Shown: positions 28,827 through 37,995, counted from the stretch's first letter. The stretch: DNA of 64,000 nucleotides from Minisyncoccia bacterium (GCA_965656375.1 CBFHKH010000001.1:345319-409318); one strand, 5' to 3'. Notes: generated by a model from the letters alone, not told the origin. Numbers and translations are program-made.

Positions 28827-29155
28827 AAAACATTCTTACAGAGAATGTTTTTTGGTTTTAAAATTTAATTTTACAGTTAGTCTTTCAGTTTGAGAGCAAT
28901 AAGTGCAGAAATCGTCGCCCCAGCAAACAATGAAGAAGCGGGATAACTTTTAGTAAGATTAAAAACAGCAGCGCCAACGCAAAGACCTGCTAGGATTATA
29001 GAATACGCCCTTTTGTTTGACATACAATAATTTTTATTCAGCTTTTCTCAAAGCCTACATTAACAATTTAAAGTCCATTTATTATTTTTAAATTATCACA
29101 TAAGCTAAATTTTGTCAATAAGAAGAAATTAGTATGAACCTGCTAAAATAGCTAT

Positions 29156-30208
29156 ATGAATATCCTTATAATTATTTTCTTTATAATTCTAATTGCGCTT
29201 ATACTCTTTTCAATGCGTAAAAAACCAGTAGTTAATAATGACACTGCTGTGCAATTACTTCTTTCTCAGATCAATGAACTCTCACGCACCATTGATCACA
29301 AGCTCGGCGAATCACAGAAAGAAATGAGTCAGACAATGCGGTACCAATCAAGCGAGACATCACGCATTGTGGCTGACATCACCGAAAAGATTACTCGCCT
29401 TGATGAGACGAACAAGCAAGTCGTTTCATTCGCTGACCAGCTCAAGAATTTACAAGATATATTGAAAAATCCTAAGCAGCGTGGAATCCTTGGCGAATAC
29501 TATCTTGAAACACTCCTTAAGAACGTCATGCCACCTGGCTCGTACAAGATGCAGCATCCATTCCCTGATGGAACGATTGTCGATGCGGCAGTATATATAA
29601 AAGACAAGATCATCCCTATCGATTCAAAATTCTCACTCGAGAACTACAACCGTATATCAGAAACAAATGACAAGGCAGAAAAAGAACGGCTCGAAAAAAT
29701 TTTCCTGAATGATTTGAAAAATAGAATAATTGAAACCTCAAAATACATTCAGCCCGAGGAAAACACAATGGATTTTGCTTTTATGTTCATTCCTCACGAA
29801 GCAATCTATTATGATCTTCTTGTAAATAAAATTGGCCTGTCTGCGCAGGCAGGTGGAGACGATTTTGATAACAATTTAATTCAGCGTGCAGCATCAAAAT
29901 ACAAAGTTATCATCGTCTCCCCTACCTCGTTCCTCGCATATTTGCAGACAGTACTTCAAGGATTAAAAGCGCTCCAGATCGAAGAAAGTGCGAAAGACAT
30001 CATCAAACGTGTCGGCGAACTCGGGACTCATTTGCGAGTCTACGAAGAAGCACATCAGAAACTTGGGAACGCCCTCGCAACTACCGTGAACCACTTCAAC
30101 AAATCAAATAATGAATTTAAAAAGATAGATAAGGATGTAATGCGTATTACCGGTGATGCGATCAGTATCGAGACACTGACCCTCGACAAACCACAAATGG
30201 AAGAATAA
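29156..30208 (+). CDS. rmuC: DNA recombination protein RmuC
   Basis: N-terminal TM segment, coiled coil and the RmuC domain (FMFIPHEAIYYDL). Confidence 0.8.
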   Translation: MNILIIIFFIILIALILFSMRKKPVVNNDTAVQLLLSQINELSRTIDHKLGESQKEMSQTMRYQSSETSRIVADITEKITRLDETNKQVVSFADQLKNLQDILKNPKQRGILGEYYLETLLKNVMPPGSYKMQHPFPDGTIVDAAVYIKDKIIPIDSKFSLENYNRISETNDKAEKERLEKIFLNDLKNRIIETSKYIQPEENTMDFAFMFIPHEAIYYDLLVNKIGLSAQAGGDDFDNNLIQRAASKYKVIIVSPTSFLAYLQTVLQGLKALQIEESAKDIIKRVGELGTHLRVYEEAHQKLGNALATTVNHFNKSNNEFKKIDKDVMRITGDAISIETLTLDKPQMEE

Positions 30209-30249
30209 CAAAAAGCACTCCGATCGGAGTGCTTTTTGTTAGAGAACCA

Positions 30250-30738
30250 TTAGCATGAACGAGTCATGCATACTGGCTGACTGTATGTCATCGGATTGTA
30301 GTAGTTGCTAGAGTAATTCTGACCCTGATACCATCCTTGTGATGGAGATACTACACCGTATCCGTACCCACTGTTGTATGAACTACATGGGTTGTATCCA
30401 CATGTGCTATATACAGGATAAACATCATAGTACTGGTTACAGCCATAGTCACAGTAGTCATCATAACCACCGTATCCATATCCGTAATCATTGTAACCAT
30501 AGTTACTATAGCCACAATCATTGTAATACTGACAATCATCGTATCCATACCCATAATCGTCGTAACCGCCATACTCATCGTAGCCATATCCATTGTTATA
30601 GCCACCATTACCAAAACCAAGGCCTAAGCTTATTGAGAAATTATCCCAAAATGAAGCTTCTGACTTTGTAGGCATGACGAAAAGTCCGAGAACAAACATA
30701 CTGATAATAATTGAAAATGTTGCGATTCCTTTTTTCAT
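30250..30738 (-). CDS. secreted Tyr/Gly/Asp-rich low-complexity protein with 8 Cys
   Basis: Signal peptide MKKGIATFSIIISMFVLGLFVMPTKSEA followed by (Y/G/D/N)-rich repeats; the antisense His-rich ORFs are artefacts. Confidence 0.5.
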   Translation of the reverse strand: MKKGIATFSIIISMFVLGLFVMPTKSEASFWDNFSISLGLGFGNGGYNNGYGYDEYGGYDDYGYGYDDCQYYNDCGYSNYGYNDYGYGYGGYDDYCDYGCNQYYDVYPVYSTCGYNPCSSYNSGYGYGVVSPSQGWYQGQNYSSNYYNPMTYSQPVCMTRSC

Positions 30739-30759
30739 AATAGGCGTATTATACACCTT

Positions 30760-31029
30760 CTATGAATTTTTGTCAATACCCCTCCTACCCCACTGCCATT
30801 TTGGCTTTTCACCCGTTTTATAGCAGATACAAATGAGAATTACTGTCAAAAACAGTACAGAAGCAACGAAACCTACAGGTGCCGTGCTTGTTCTATTTAA
30901 ATCTACATCAAAGATATATGAGATCTTTATAAGTGCCCCGATATAGAGAGCCATAATAAGCCACCCTTGCCATGTTGATGGATACCATCCCCATCCATAT
31001 AATTTTCTTTTAAACCAAATTTTTTTCAT
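30760..31029 (-). CDS. small membrane protein of 89 aa, Trp-rich
   Basis: ORF with 2 TM segments. Confidence 0.35.
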   Translation of the reverse strand: MKKIWFKRKLYGWGWYPSTWQGWLIMALYIGALIKISYIFDVDLNRTSTAPVGFVASVLFLTVILICICYKTGEKPKWQWGRRGIDKNS

Positions 31030-31031
31030 AT

Positions 31032-31496
31032 TTATTTATACTGCTTACCAATAAAATTCATAGAGAGTTTTACTTTAAATTCAGGAAATGCATCGAGGAC
31101 CCATTGAACGAAGGTATTACTATTCGGCCCTGTTAGCACATACGAGTACCGATACGGATATGTATCTTTTGATTGTTCGATAAAGTGAATGATACGGTTT
31201 ACGAGCGAGCCTTCTTCCCCTTCTATATACCCGAGAACCATACTCTTCCAAAAATATTTTTTTACAAACGGCAAGATACTCACACCTTGGAATGGAGGAA
31301 GTATATCTTTGTGAAGATGTCCCCAGCTCGTTTCATCATCTTTTGCTGTGAAAAGAACTTCCCAGCGTTCAAGCGTACCTTTCTTGTTGATAACGATCCA
31401 AGAATGCATCGCAAGACTAAACGGAATATGCGCATGCGAACCGCAGATGAATATTTGGTATTTCGTATTGTCTAAAATTTCCGAAATATCTTCCAT
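31032..31496 (-). CDS. hypothetical protein (possibly DUF3750-like)
   Basis: 154-aa ORF. Confidence 0.35.
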   Translation of the reverse strand: MEDISEILDNTKYQIFICGSHAHIPFSLAMHSWIVINKKGTLERWEVLFTAKDDETSWGHLHKDILPPFQGVSILPFVKKYFWKSMVLGYIEGEEGSLVNRIIHFIEQSKDTYPYRYSYVLTGPNSNTFVQWVLDAFPEFKVKLSMNFIGKQYK

Positions 31497-31563
31497 ATCT
31501 ATATGGTACCAGATTATCTCTCCATTGTCTTTTACTATTTTTTAGTGTATTTTAAAGATACAT

Positions 31564-31637
31564 TTGGGGATCGTCTAATGGTAGGACAGCGGCCTTTGAA
31601 GCCGTTAATTGGGGTTCGAATCCCTGTCCCCAAGCCA
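31564..31637 (+). tRNA. tRNA-Gln (anticodon UUG), with CCA encoded
   Basis: Acceptor TTGGGGA/TCCCCAA, 3-bp D-stem, anticodon loop CTTTGAA, T-arm TGGGG-TTCGAAT-CCCTG. Confidence 0.85.
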
Positions 31638-31660
31638 AAAAATCACGCAGTAATTTTTGC

Positions 31661-31837
31661 TTGGGGAAGCAACTAAACTGCTTTAGTTGCGTCAGGGATT
31701 CGAAAGACTTTTCTGTCATTTGGTTACAAATGCAGAAAAGTACCTGGCTACGTGGTAGCCGAAAAGCGTACTCGCGGTCCTTGTTCTTAAAAGGTGTACT
31801 GATCCTGTAAGGATCGAAATTCCCTGTCCCCAAGCCA
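31661..31837 (+). ncRNA. E2: structured tRNA-flanked element. Begins TTGGGGA (the tRNA-Gln 5' acceptor strand) and ends CCCTGTCCCCAAGCCA (an exact copy of the tRNA-Gln 3' end); contains the hairpins GCAACUAAA-CUGC-UUUAGUUGC and CUUUUCUG...CAGAAAAG
   Basis: Lies 24 nt 3' of tRNA-Gln; colinear with E1, with compensatory changes in both helices; conserved GGGAUUCGAAAGAC linker. Confidence 0.45.
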
Positions 31838-31848
31838 ATAAAAAAACC

Positions 31849-32421
31849 TTACTCTTTCAAGTAAGGTTCATTGCGAAGAACTTCGAGAACTGGAATTTGA
31901 GGAATAATATTATTATCTTTCTTAAATAAAACATTGAATGCATTTACCATTATTTTGACATCAAATGCAACTCCAAAATATTGATCTGGTTTGTAGGCAT
32001 TAGGAGGATGTTGCAATGAAGTGTAATCAAGCACTGCCCCTTTGTATGTCATAAATGTATGATTTCCAATAAAATATTTTTTATCTGTTGGAACATCATC
32101 ATCAATTGCCTTCATACCATAAAATCCTGAAACAAATGAAAAATCACAAAGAACTTCAGGTTGCATTTCAGCCAGTACGGCTCCATATAAGATATTATTA
32201 GAGTGACACTGATACGCTTGTATTCGATGAGGACGCAATACTCCCTCTGGAGGCATTTCAAGTATTTTTGTGAAATATCTTCCAGCTTCACAAAGAAATT
32301 TAAAAATTGCTTTAGGTTCCATTTGAGTTTGATGAGCATCCTCAACCCATTCTTTAAGGGAAATCTTTGCGGGAAGTTCTTCTCCAAGAAGCATTCCATT
32401 AGCTTTATAAAGTTTTGCCAT
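31849..32421 (-). CDS. hypothetical protein of 190 aa
   Basis: ORF with a TTGACT/TGnTAGTGT-like promoter and the upstream intergenic repeat. Confidence 0.45.
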   Translation of the reverse strand: MAKLYKANGMLLGEELPAKISLKEWVEDAHQTQMEPKAIFKFLCEAGRYFTKILEMPPEGVLRPHRIQAYQCHSNNILYGAVLAEMQPEVLCDFSFVSGFYGMKAIDDDVPTDKKYFIGNHTFMTYKGAVLDYTSLQHPPNAYKPDQYFGVAFDVKIMVNAFNVLFKKDNNIIPQIPVLEVLRNEPYLKE

Positions 32422-32474
32422 AAAATAATTTTTCTTTTACACTACCATTTCCGCAGTATTAGTCAACAAAATAG

Positions 32475-32507
32475 TTCTAACTTCATCTCAGACGGAAAGC
32501 TCGTAAA
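32475..32507. repeat. intergenic repeat family copy GTTCTAACTTCATCTCAGACGGAAAGCTCGTAA, just upstream of the -35 element of the 190-aa gene
   Basis: Three near-identical copies in consecutive intergenic regions. Confidence 0.65.
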
Positions 32508-32556
32508 AAATAAAGAACCTGCGTATGTATTAGCAGGTTCTCTTTATCATTTTTCT

Positions 32557-33363
32557 TTAAGAAAGAATTATTTTCTTTTCCATAAGAATCTCATTTACTT
32601 TCTCTTTAATTCCTTCACGGGCTGGATATGTTTCCATAGAGCCAAGGTTCCTCCTAAAATGGACAACAAGGAGAAGAATTGCCATTTCTGTACCAATCAA
32701 ATTACTGGCGGAGTTCACTCCTTCTAATCCATTTTCTTCAATAAGCTGTGCAGCACGATGATACTGCTCAAGTTTAATACTGGAAGTTTCTTTTGTATAC
32801 CATTCTCCGTCAATTTCATAAGCAATTGTTTTTTCATACAATTCTTGTATTGTAATCTTCAAACTTTCAGCAACAGCTTTTCTACTACCATTGTGTTCTT
32901 TCAATTGCCTAATTATTTCTGTTTTTTCTGATACCAATGTTCCTCTAACTTCCATAAGAAGATATCCGAGGTGGTTTTTACCAACTCCTTGGCATGTCCC
33001 CCAAAATGTATCCTCCCAGGTATTTCCTTCTTCAAGATAACAATCCCCTGTTGCAATCAACGATCTTGTGAGGAATGGTTCTTTGCCGCCAAATTTAATT
33101 AAAAGTAACTTTTCCATAACTCTTAATTTTTTTGGAATTGTCCAGTCATGGTCAGGTTTCAGATTATGATCATCAAGGTAACTTTTCGCTTTACCAGGTG
33201 TTTGGCAATTCTGTATCATTTTTTTGACATGAGGACTCTCTACTTTTGATGCAGCATATGCATGTTCGAGAGTTGGATAAAGTAGGCCTTCATATACTAT
33301 ATGAGATGGCCAAAAATTTGAGAGGAATCGATATCCTCCTTGAAAAGAACTAATCTTGCTCAT
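32557..33363 (-). CDS. NADAR-domain protein (YbiA-like, ADP-ribose processing) with a C-terminal extension of about 110 aa of unknown function
   Basis: GGYRFLSNFWPS...YPTLEHAYAASK motifs of NADAR; ATG at 33363 preferred over the upstream GTG. Confidence 0.6.
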   Translation of the reverse strand: MSKISSFQGGYRFLSNFWPSHIVYEGLLYPTLEHAYAASKVESPHVKKMIQNCQTPGKAKSYLDDHNLKPDHDWTIPKKLRVMEKLLLIKFGGKEPFLTRSLIATGDCYLEEGNTWEDTFWGTCQGVGKNHLGYLLMEVRGTLVSEKTEIIRQLKEHNGSRKAVAESLKITIQELYEKTIAYEIDGEWYTKETSSIKLEQYHRAAQLIEENGLEGVNSASNLIGTEMAILLLVVHFRRNLGSMETYPAREGIKEKVNEILMEKKIILS

Positions 33364-33502
33364 AACTCTAATTTTTAGAACATCTTCTGTTGATAAGGGA
33401 AGAAGATTTACCCTGTTACCATTTCTAGTCACCTATTGCGATAAATAGGAATTATTTATTACCTTCATAGTACATATATTATCAGAACTTGTCAATAATA
33501 AG

Positions 33503-33535
33503 GTTCCAACTTCGTCCCAGACGGAAAGCTCGTAA
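33503..33535. repeat. intergenic repeat family copy GTTCCAACTTCGTCCCAGACGGAAAGCTCGTAA, just upstream of the TTGACA-17-TACTAT promoter of the NADAR gene
   Basis: As above. Confidence 0.65.
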
Positions 33536-33604
33536 GTTTTTATATTTTAAAAGTAAAAACCCACCAGTGAGCGTGAGCTTCTACTAGTGGGTCGTTGAAT
33601 GTTT

Positions 33605-34231
33605 TTAATTATTGAAAAATTGTAATTTCGTAGCATCAGCTACCATGGTTCCATGAGAACCATCTTTATCCTCACAACCAACGTACGGACCACCATCCAG
33701 GTACACTGCATTTAAGCAATTTTCCTGAACAAATAAATTTGCAAATTCGTAAAAGGTTACGGGCGTCAGAGAAATAATTGCAACAAGAGTGCCGTCTTTT
33801 TTGTATCCAATACCTGACCTTGCAAACTTAGATTGCGATGTTCCTCTTACATTAACACCGCCTTTTACTAATACCGGGCCATTTTGAAATGCCCATTTCA
33901 TAATTGGTAAAGAATCTTTTAAAGAAAACGGTACCATGTAGAACCTACCATCAGTGCCGAATCCGAAGATCGTGTTATCAACGGCGAAATTTCCTACTCC
34001 ATACGCTGGATCCATCCAATTCTTCATCATAACTGTGTTATCAATGTATCCACCAACTGGTGAACCATCTGTTAACACAAGTGGACCGTTTACAACGAAA
34101 TCCAAAAATTGGTTTGATTTCGTAACTTTTCCAAAACCTATGTTTGGATTGCTGGTACGGTGGTAAATAACTTGTGCAGATAAACTGCTGAAAAGAATAA
34201 GAGTTGCGATGCTTAAAATTAACTTTTTCAT
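33605..34231 (-). CDS. secreted phosphodiester-glycosidase-like protein (DUF2233 / NAGPA-like)
   Basis: Signal peptide; YLDGG motif. Confidence 0.4.
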   Translation of the reverse strand: MKKLILSIATLILFSSLSAQVIYHRTSNPNIGFGKVTKSNQFLDFVVNGPLVLTDGSPVGGYIDNTVMMKNWMDPAYGVGNFAVDNTIFGFGTDGRFYMVPFSLKDSLPIMKWAFQNGPVLVKGGVNVRGTSQSKFARSGIGYKKDGTLVAIISLTPVTFYEFANLFVQENCLNAVYLDGGPYVGCEDKDGSHGTMVADATKLQFFNN

Positions 34232-34414
34232 TTTATAATTGATTTAGTTTTGCGTGATTGCTCCAGAGAAATCAATGACTGACATCCGTAGAGCAATACA
34301 CAAAACTATCAATTCGATATCAAGGAGCTACTATAGCTATATATAATAGCATAAAATAGTTAAAAAGTCAATAGAAGTATTCCCTATGAAAAATCTGTAT
34401 GCAAACATAAAATC

Positions 34415-34444
34415 GTTCCAATTTCGTCCCAGACGGAAGGAAAG
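34415..34444. repeat. intergenic repeat family copy GTTCCAATTTCGTCCCAGACGGAAGGAAAG, upstream of the phosphodiester-glycosidase-like gene
   Basis: As above. Confidence 0.6.
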
Positions 34445-34561
34445 TTTGACAGTCGTACATTCTAATGTTATTGTTCAAGCAATCACGGTTTTTTAAATAT
34501 GTTTTAAATGTTACCAGAGTAGGTTGTTTACCTTTTTTGGTAACATTTAAAACAAAATATC

Positions 34562-35071
34562 ATGAGAACAATACCTTTGCTCACTTTTAGTGATCTTGAG
34601 AATACAAGATTCACAGGATTTTTTAAATTTATTATTTTAACCATTAATCAATTTGAAAATTCCAGGAAATTTATATTATTGGGACCATGCGCAGAACATG
34701 TATATCATCGCCAGATAATATTAAGTTTCTTAGAAGAAAAGAAGCTTACAAATTCAAATGTTAGAGTAACCATATTTGGAGGCGGTTTATTTTTCCTATG
34801 TAATCCAATTATAATAGCTGGGATGGACTTGAATAAAGTCATCGATAGGGCTTTCGACCGAGAAAGACCAATAATGATTTTTTCCGGGAAATCAATGATG
34901 TTTGGGCCTACGTCCAAAGACCATATAGTAGAATGCTTACAGGATGGAGGGTTACTACAAACTAATTTTTTACCTGTAATGTCTTTAGATAATGGAATAC
35001 TTCTAACCAGAGAGAAAGATATAAAGAAAAAAACGTATTCAGTCAAAGCACTGAGAGAAATTGAAGATTAG
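34562..35071 (+). CDS. hypothetical protein of 169 aa
   Basis: ORF only. Confidence 0.4.
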   Translation: MRTIPLLTFSDLENTRFTGFFKFIILTINQFENSRKFILLGPCAEHVYHRQIILSFLEEKKLTNSNVRVTIFGGGLFFLCNPIIIAGMDLNKVIDRAFDRERPIMIFSGKSMMFGPTSKDHIVECLQDGGLLQTNFLPVMSLDNGILLTREKDIKKKTYSVKALREIED

Positions 35072-35144
35072 GAAATGCGTTTCTTAATAGAGAAAACAGA
35101 TGAATCATTTGATCCATCTGTTTTTTATATTTACAGCATGTATT

Positions 35145-35486
35145 CTATGCTGCTTTACTATATATTTGCTTTTTCTTCTTTTCAGAAGTATTGATTTTAC
35201 TTTTTTGCCGGCTTATGTTTTTTACAACTGATTCCAAGGCGCTCTGGAATGATTGTTCAAAACATTTTGACGAATGGCTGATAAAAATCTTTTTACATTT
35301 GGGAATATGCACTTCGATGCCTACCACTTTATCCTTAATCTTCCGGGTCAGGTTGTCCAGCTTTAGAAATACGTTTACCCTCATAATGGAATCATTGAAG
35401 GTTTTCAACTTAAGGATTTTCGAATTTACAAAATTTAATAACTTTTTGTCCACTTCAAAGCGAACAGTTTGAATGTTTACCGTCAT
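35145..35486 (-). CDS. hpf: ribosome hibernation factor (HPF/RaiA family, probable)
   Basis: 113 aa; beta-alpha-beta-beta-beta-alpha pattern (NIQTVRFEVDKKLLNFVNSKILKLKTF...VVGIEVHIP). Confidence 0.5.
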   Translation of the reverse strand: MTVNIQTVRFEVDKKLLNFVNSKILKLKTFNDSIMRVNVFLKLDNLTRKIKDKVVGIEVHIPKCKKIFISHSSKCFEQSFQSALESVVKNISRQKSKINTSEKKKKQIYSKAA

Positions 35487-35729
35487 AACAATCGTTTTTT
35501 GGTTTGGTTAAGAAAATATTTGTTTTCAAATTTGCTTGTTTTTAGGCGTTATTGCCTTCATAAAGCGATGGTATGTTCTAACTATACAAAACAGTAGAAC
35601 TGCAAGTAAGCTTGGCTTGATAAATAGCATAGGCGGTAATTTTTTGGTTTATAAAAATGGTACTACATGGCCTACAATCAGTCAACTCTCTATCCCCTCA
35701 TATCTATAGATATGATATACTCTACTCAT

Positions 35730-36746
35730 ATGAAAACAGCTATGATTGAAAAATATTTCTTGTTCATCTTACTTGCCGCCACTATCATTTTTACGCTCGC
35801 GATATTCTATCCGTTTTTGACTGTAGTTATCTTGGCTGCAGCATTCGCTGTTGTCCTTCACCCGCTCTATCTATGGATCAAGAAGCGCATAACAAAAGGT
35901 GTGCGGTGGATTGCTTCACTGCTCACAGTCATCATATTTATAATCGCTCTTTGCGGGCCGCTCTTCCTTATCGGCAAAGCTGTATTCAATCAAACTCAGA
36001 CAGCGTATAGCTCGATCGCAAAAACTGAAAGTACAAGCAGTATCCTTACAAAAATCGATACCTCGATAAACAAAATCATGCCTTCTGGCTTTCGGTTTGA
36101 TACTCATGAGAAGGTCACTGAGATAGCTACCTATCTAACGAATAATGTCACAAGGTTCTTTGCTTCGACCTTCCAAACCATCATCTTATTTATCCTTATG
36201 ATTCTCACGCTCTTTTATCTCTTGAAAGATGGGGATCACTGGAAGAAGAATTTCTTGCTCCTCTGCCCTCTCTCAGAAGAAAATGCAAAAGAAATCTTGG
36301 ACAAGCTCGGTGCGGCTATCAATCGAATACTCAAAGGATCATTTTTGATAGCAATCGTTCAGGGAATTCTCGTCAGTATCGGACTTGCTATTTTTGGTGT
36401 CCCCAATGCTGCGATCTGGGGAGTAGTTGCAGGCATTGCTTCTTTTATACCTACGCTTGGTACTTCGATCGTCTCTATCCCGGCGATATTGTTCCTCTTC
36501 TTTACTGGTATGGAGATTCAGGCTCTCGGATTTCTGATCTGGTCAGCAGTTCTCGTCGGCCTTGTAGACAACGCATTGACACCATATGTCATCTCAAAAA
36601 ATACTGAAATACCTTCACTGTTTATACTTTTCTCGATCTTGGGAGGGATATCACTCTTGGGTCCGGTAGGAATATTGATAGGTCCACTTGCACTTTCACT
36701 CCTCTATAGCCTTATCGCTATTTATAGAAAAGAAGTACATATCTAA
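35730..36746 (+). CDS. AI-2E family transporter (UPF0118)
   Basis: 8-TM topology; length and motifs typical; start uncertain between 35667 and 35730. Confidence 0.7.
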   Translation: MKTAMIEKYFLFILLAATIIFTLAIFYPFLTVVILAAAFAVVLHPLYLWIKKRITKGVRWIASLLTVIIFIIALCGPLFLIGKAVFNQTQTAYSSIAKTESTSSILTKIDTSINKIMPSGFRFDTHEKVTEIATYLTNNVTRFFASTFQTIILFILMILTLFYLLKDGDHWKKNFLLLCPLSEENAKEILDKLGAAINRILKGSFLIAIVQGILVSIGLAIFGVPNAAIWGVVAGIASFIPTLGTSIVSIPAILFLFFTGMEIQALGFLIWSAVLVGLVDNALTPYVISKNTEIPSLFILFSILGGISLLGPVGILIGPLALSLLYSLIAIYRKEVHI

Positions 36747-36750
36747 AATT

Positions 36751-37995
36751 CTATACTTCCTCTCCTGCAATGGTTCCTGATGTCCAGCAAATCTGAAGGC
36801 CGTAGCCACCAGAAGGCCTGTTTATGTTGAGTAGATCACCTGTGATAAATAGATTGTCGAATAATTTCGAACGCATTGTTTTCGTATCAACTTCAGAGAG
36901 AAGCACTCCTCCATCAGCAACGACTGCTCTGTCATACCCCATGAGGTTCGTGATCGTGATTGGAAGTGCCTTGAGTGTATCTACGATTTTTTTACGATCT
37001 TCTTTCGTGATGCTATGAACCTTGGTTTCAAAATTAATCATTGGCAAGATTTGCTCGATAGCTTTTGCGGTACCATCTGGAGCGATGTCTTTGAATACGG
37101 TTCTGAGCATTTTATTTTTGTTTGCATCAAAAATTTTCACAATTCGGGCTGATAGATCACCATGATTCGTATCAGGAAATGCATCGATCGCTGCTGTCAC
37201 GACGCCAGAATAGAGAAGATCACTCACCATACTTGCACTATTTAATATAAGCGGACCAGAGAGGCCGAAATGAGTAAACAAGATTTTACCAGTTTTTGAA
37301 AATGATTTCTTCCCCTCAAGGAAAAATGTAATTTTCATGAATGAAAGTGATACACCCGCAAGCATTTTTACCCATGCATCAGCCACTTCAAGTGGCACAA
37401 TAGATGGAGTTGGCTCTTTGATACTATGACCGATATTTTTTAAAAATCTGAATCCATCTCCCGTCGATCCCGTCTCAGGATGTGACATTCCTCCGGTTGC
37501 AAGGATATATGACTTTCCGATAAATGTACCTTGATCTGTGTCTATAGATATAATTGATTTTTCTTTCTTATTGATCTTCTGTACACTGCAATTGGTTTTG
37601 ATAGTAGCGTTATATTTTATGAGCTGGTTGTAGAGTACTTTGTATACATCTGGCGCCTTTTCAGTATGTGGAAATGCACGCTTCCGCGCCTGAATTACAA
37701 GCGGGAGGCCGAGACTTTCGAAATAACGAAATGTATCCTTCATCCCAAACCGCATAAAAGGTGAATAGAGAAATTGCTCTGCTTTACCATAATTTTTAAG
37801 GAATATGCGTATATCTTCTTCGGCATTTGTAATGTTGCATCTTCCTCCGCCGGTGATCTTGAGTTTTTGCCCAAGAGTCCTGTTCTTCTCAAGTATGAGC
37901 ACAGATTTACCACGATGAGAAGCAACAGCACCTGCCATCATACCGGATGCGCCGCCGCCGATGATTATGACATCCCAGATAGTACTATTTTTCAT
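36751..37995 (-). CDS. HI0933/BaiN-family FAD-dependent oxidoreductase
   Basis: N-terminal dinucleotide-binding motif VIIIGGGASGMMAG. Confidence 0.75.
   Translation of the reverse strand: MKNSTIWDVIIIGGGASGMMAGAVASHRGKSVLILEKNRTLGQKLKITGGGRCNITNAEEDIRIFLKNYGKAEQFLYSPFMRFGMKDTFRYFESLGLPLVIQARKRAFPHTEKAPDVYKVLYNQLIKYNATIKTNCSVQKINKKEKSIISIDTDQGTFIGKSYILATGGMSHPETGSTGDGFRFLKNIGHSIKEPTPSIVPLEVADAWVKMLAGVSLSFMKITFFLEGKKSFSKTGKILFTHFGLSGPLILNSASMVSDLLYSGVVTAAIDAFPDTNHGDLSARIVKIFDANKNKMLRTVFKDIAPDGTAKAIEQILPMINFETKVHSITKEDRKKIVDTLKALPITITNLMGYDRAVVADGGVLLSEVDTKTMRSKLFDNLFITGDLLNINRPSGGYGLQICWTSGTIAGEEV

Noticed and set aside
28876-29023. An apparent 48-aa hydrophobic small ORF on the minus strand in the 300-nt gap before rmuC
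   Set aside because: Recounting codon by codon showed I had dropped one A. The real frame runs only 21 codons from the ATG to a TAA, so no supportable ORF exists and the gap is non-coding.
30339-30671. His-rich 110-aa ORF on the plus strand and a Met/Thr/Val-rich ORF on the minus strand
   Set aside because: These are antisense or alternative frames of the repetitive Tyr/Gly/Asp codons of the secreted YG-rich gene.
31552-31833. 93-aa minus-strand ORF from the track
   Set aside because: It lies entirely over tRNA-Gln and E2 on the opposite strand.
31661-31837. E2 as a tmRNA (ssrA) or two-piece tmRNA
   Set aside because: E2 is only about 177 nt (E1 is 119 nt), and there is no credible tag-peptide reading frame ending in a hydrophobic tail plus stop codon. 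The resemblance is limited to a GGAUUCGA-like linker and tRNA-like ends.
31661-31837. E1 and E2 as ordinary tRNA genes interrupted by introns
   Set aside because: Removing either hairpin does not restore a cloverleaf: no anticodon arm with a 7-nt loop can be formed. The insertions are too short for group I introns and are not at canonical intron positions.
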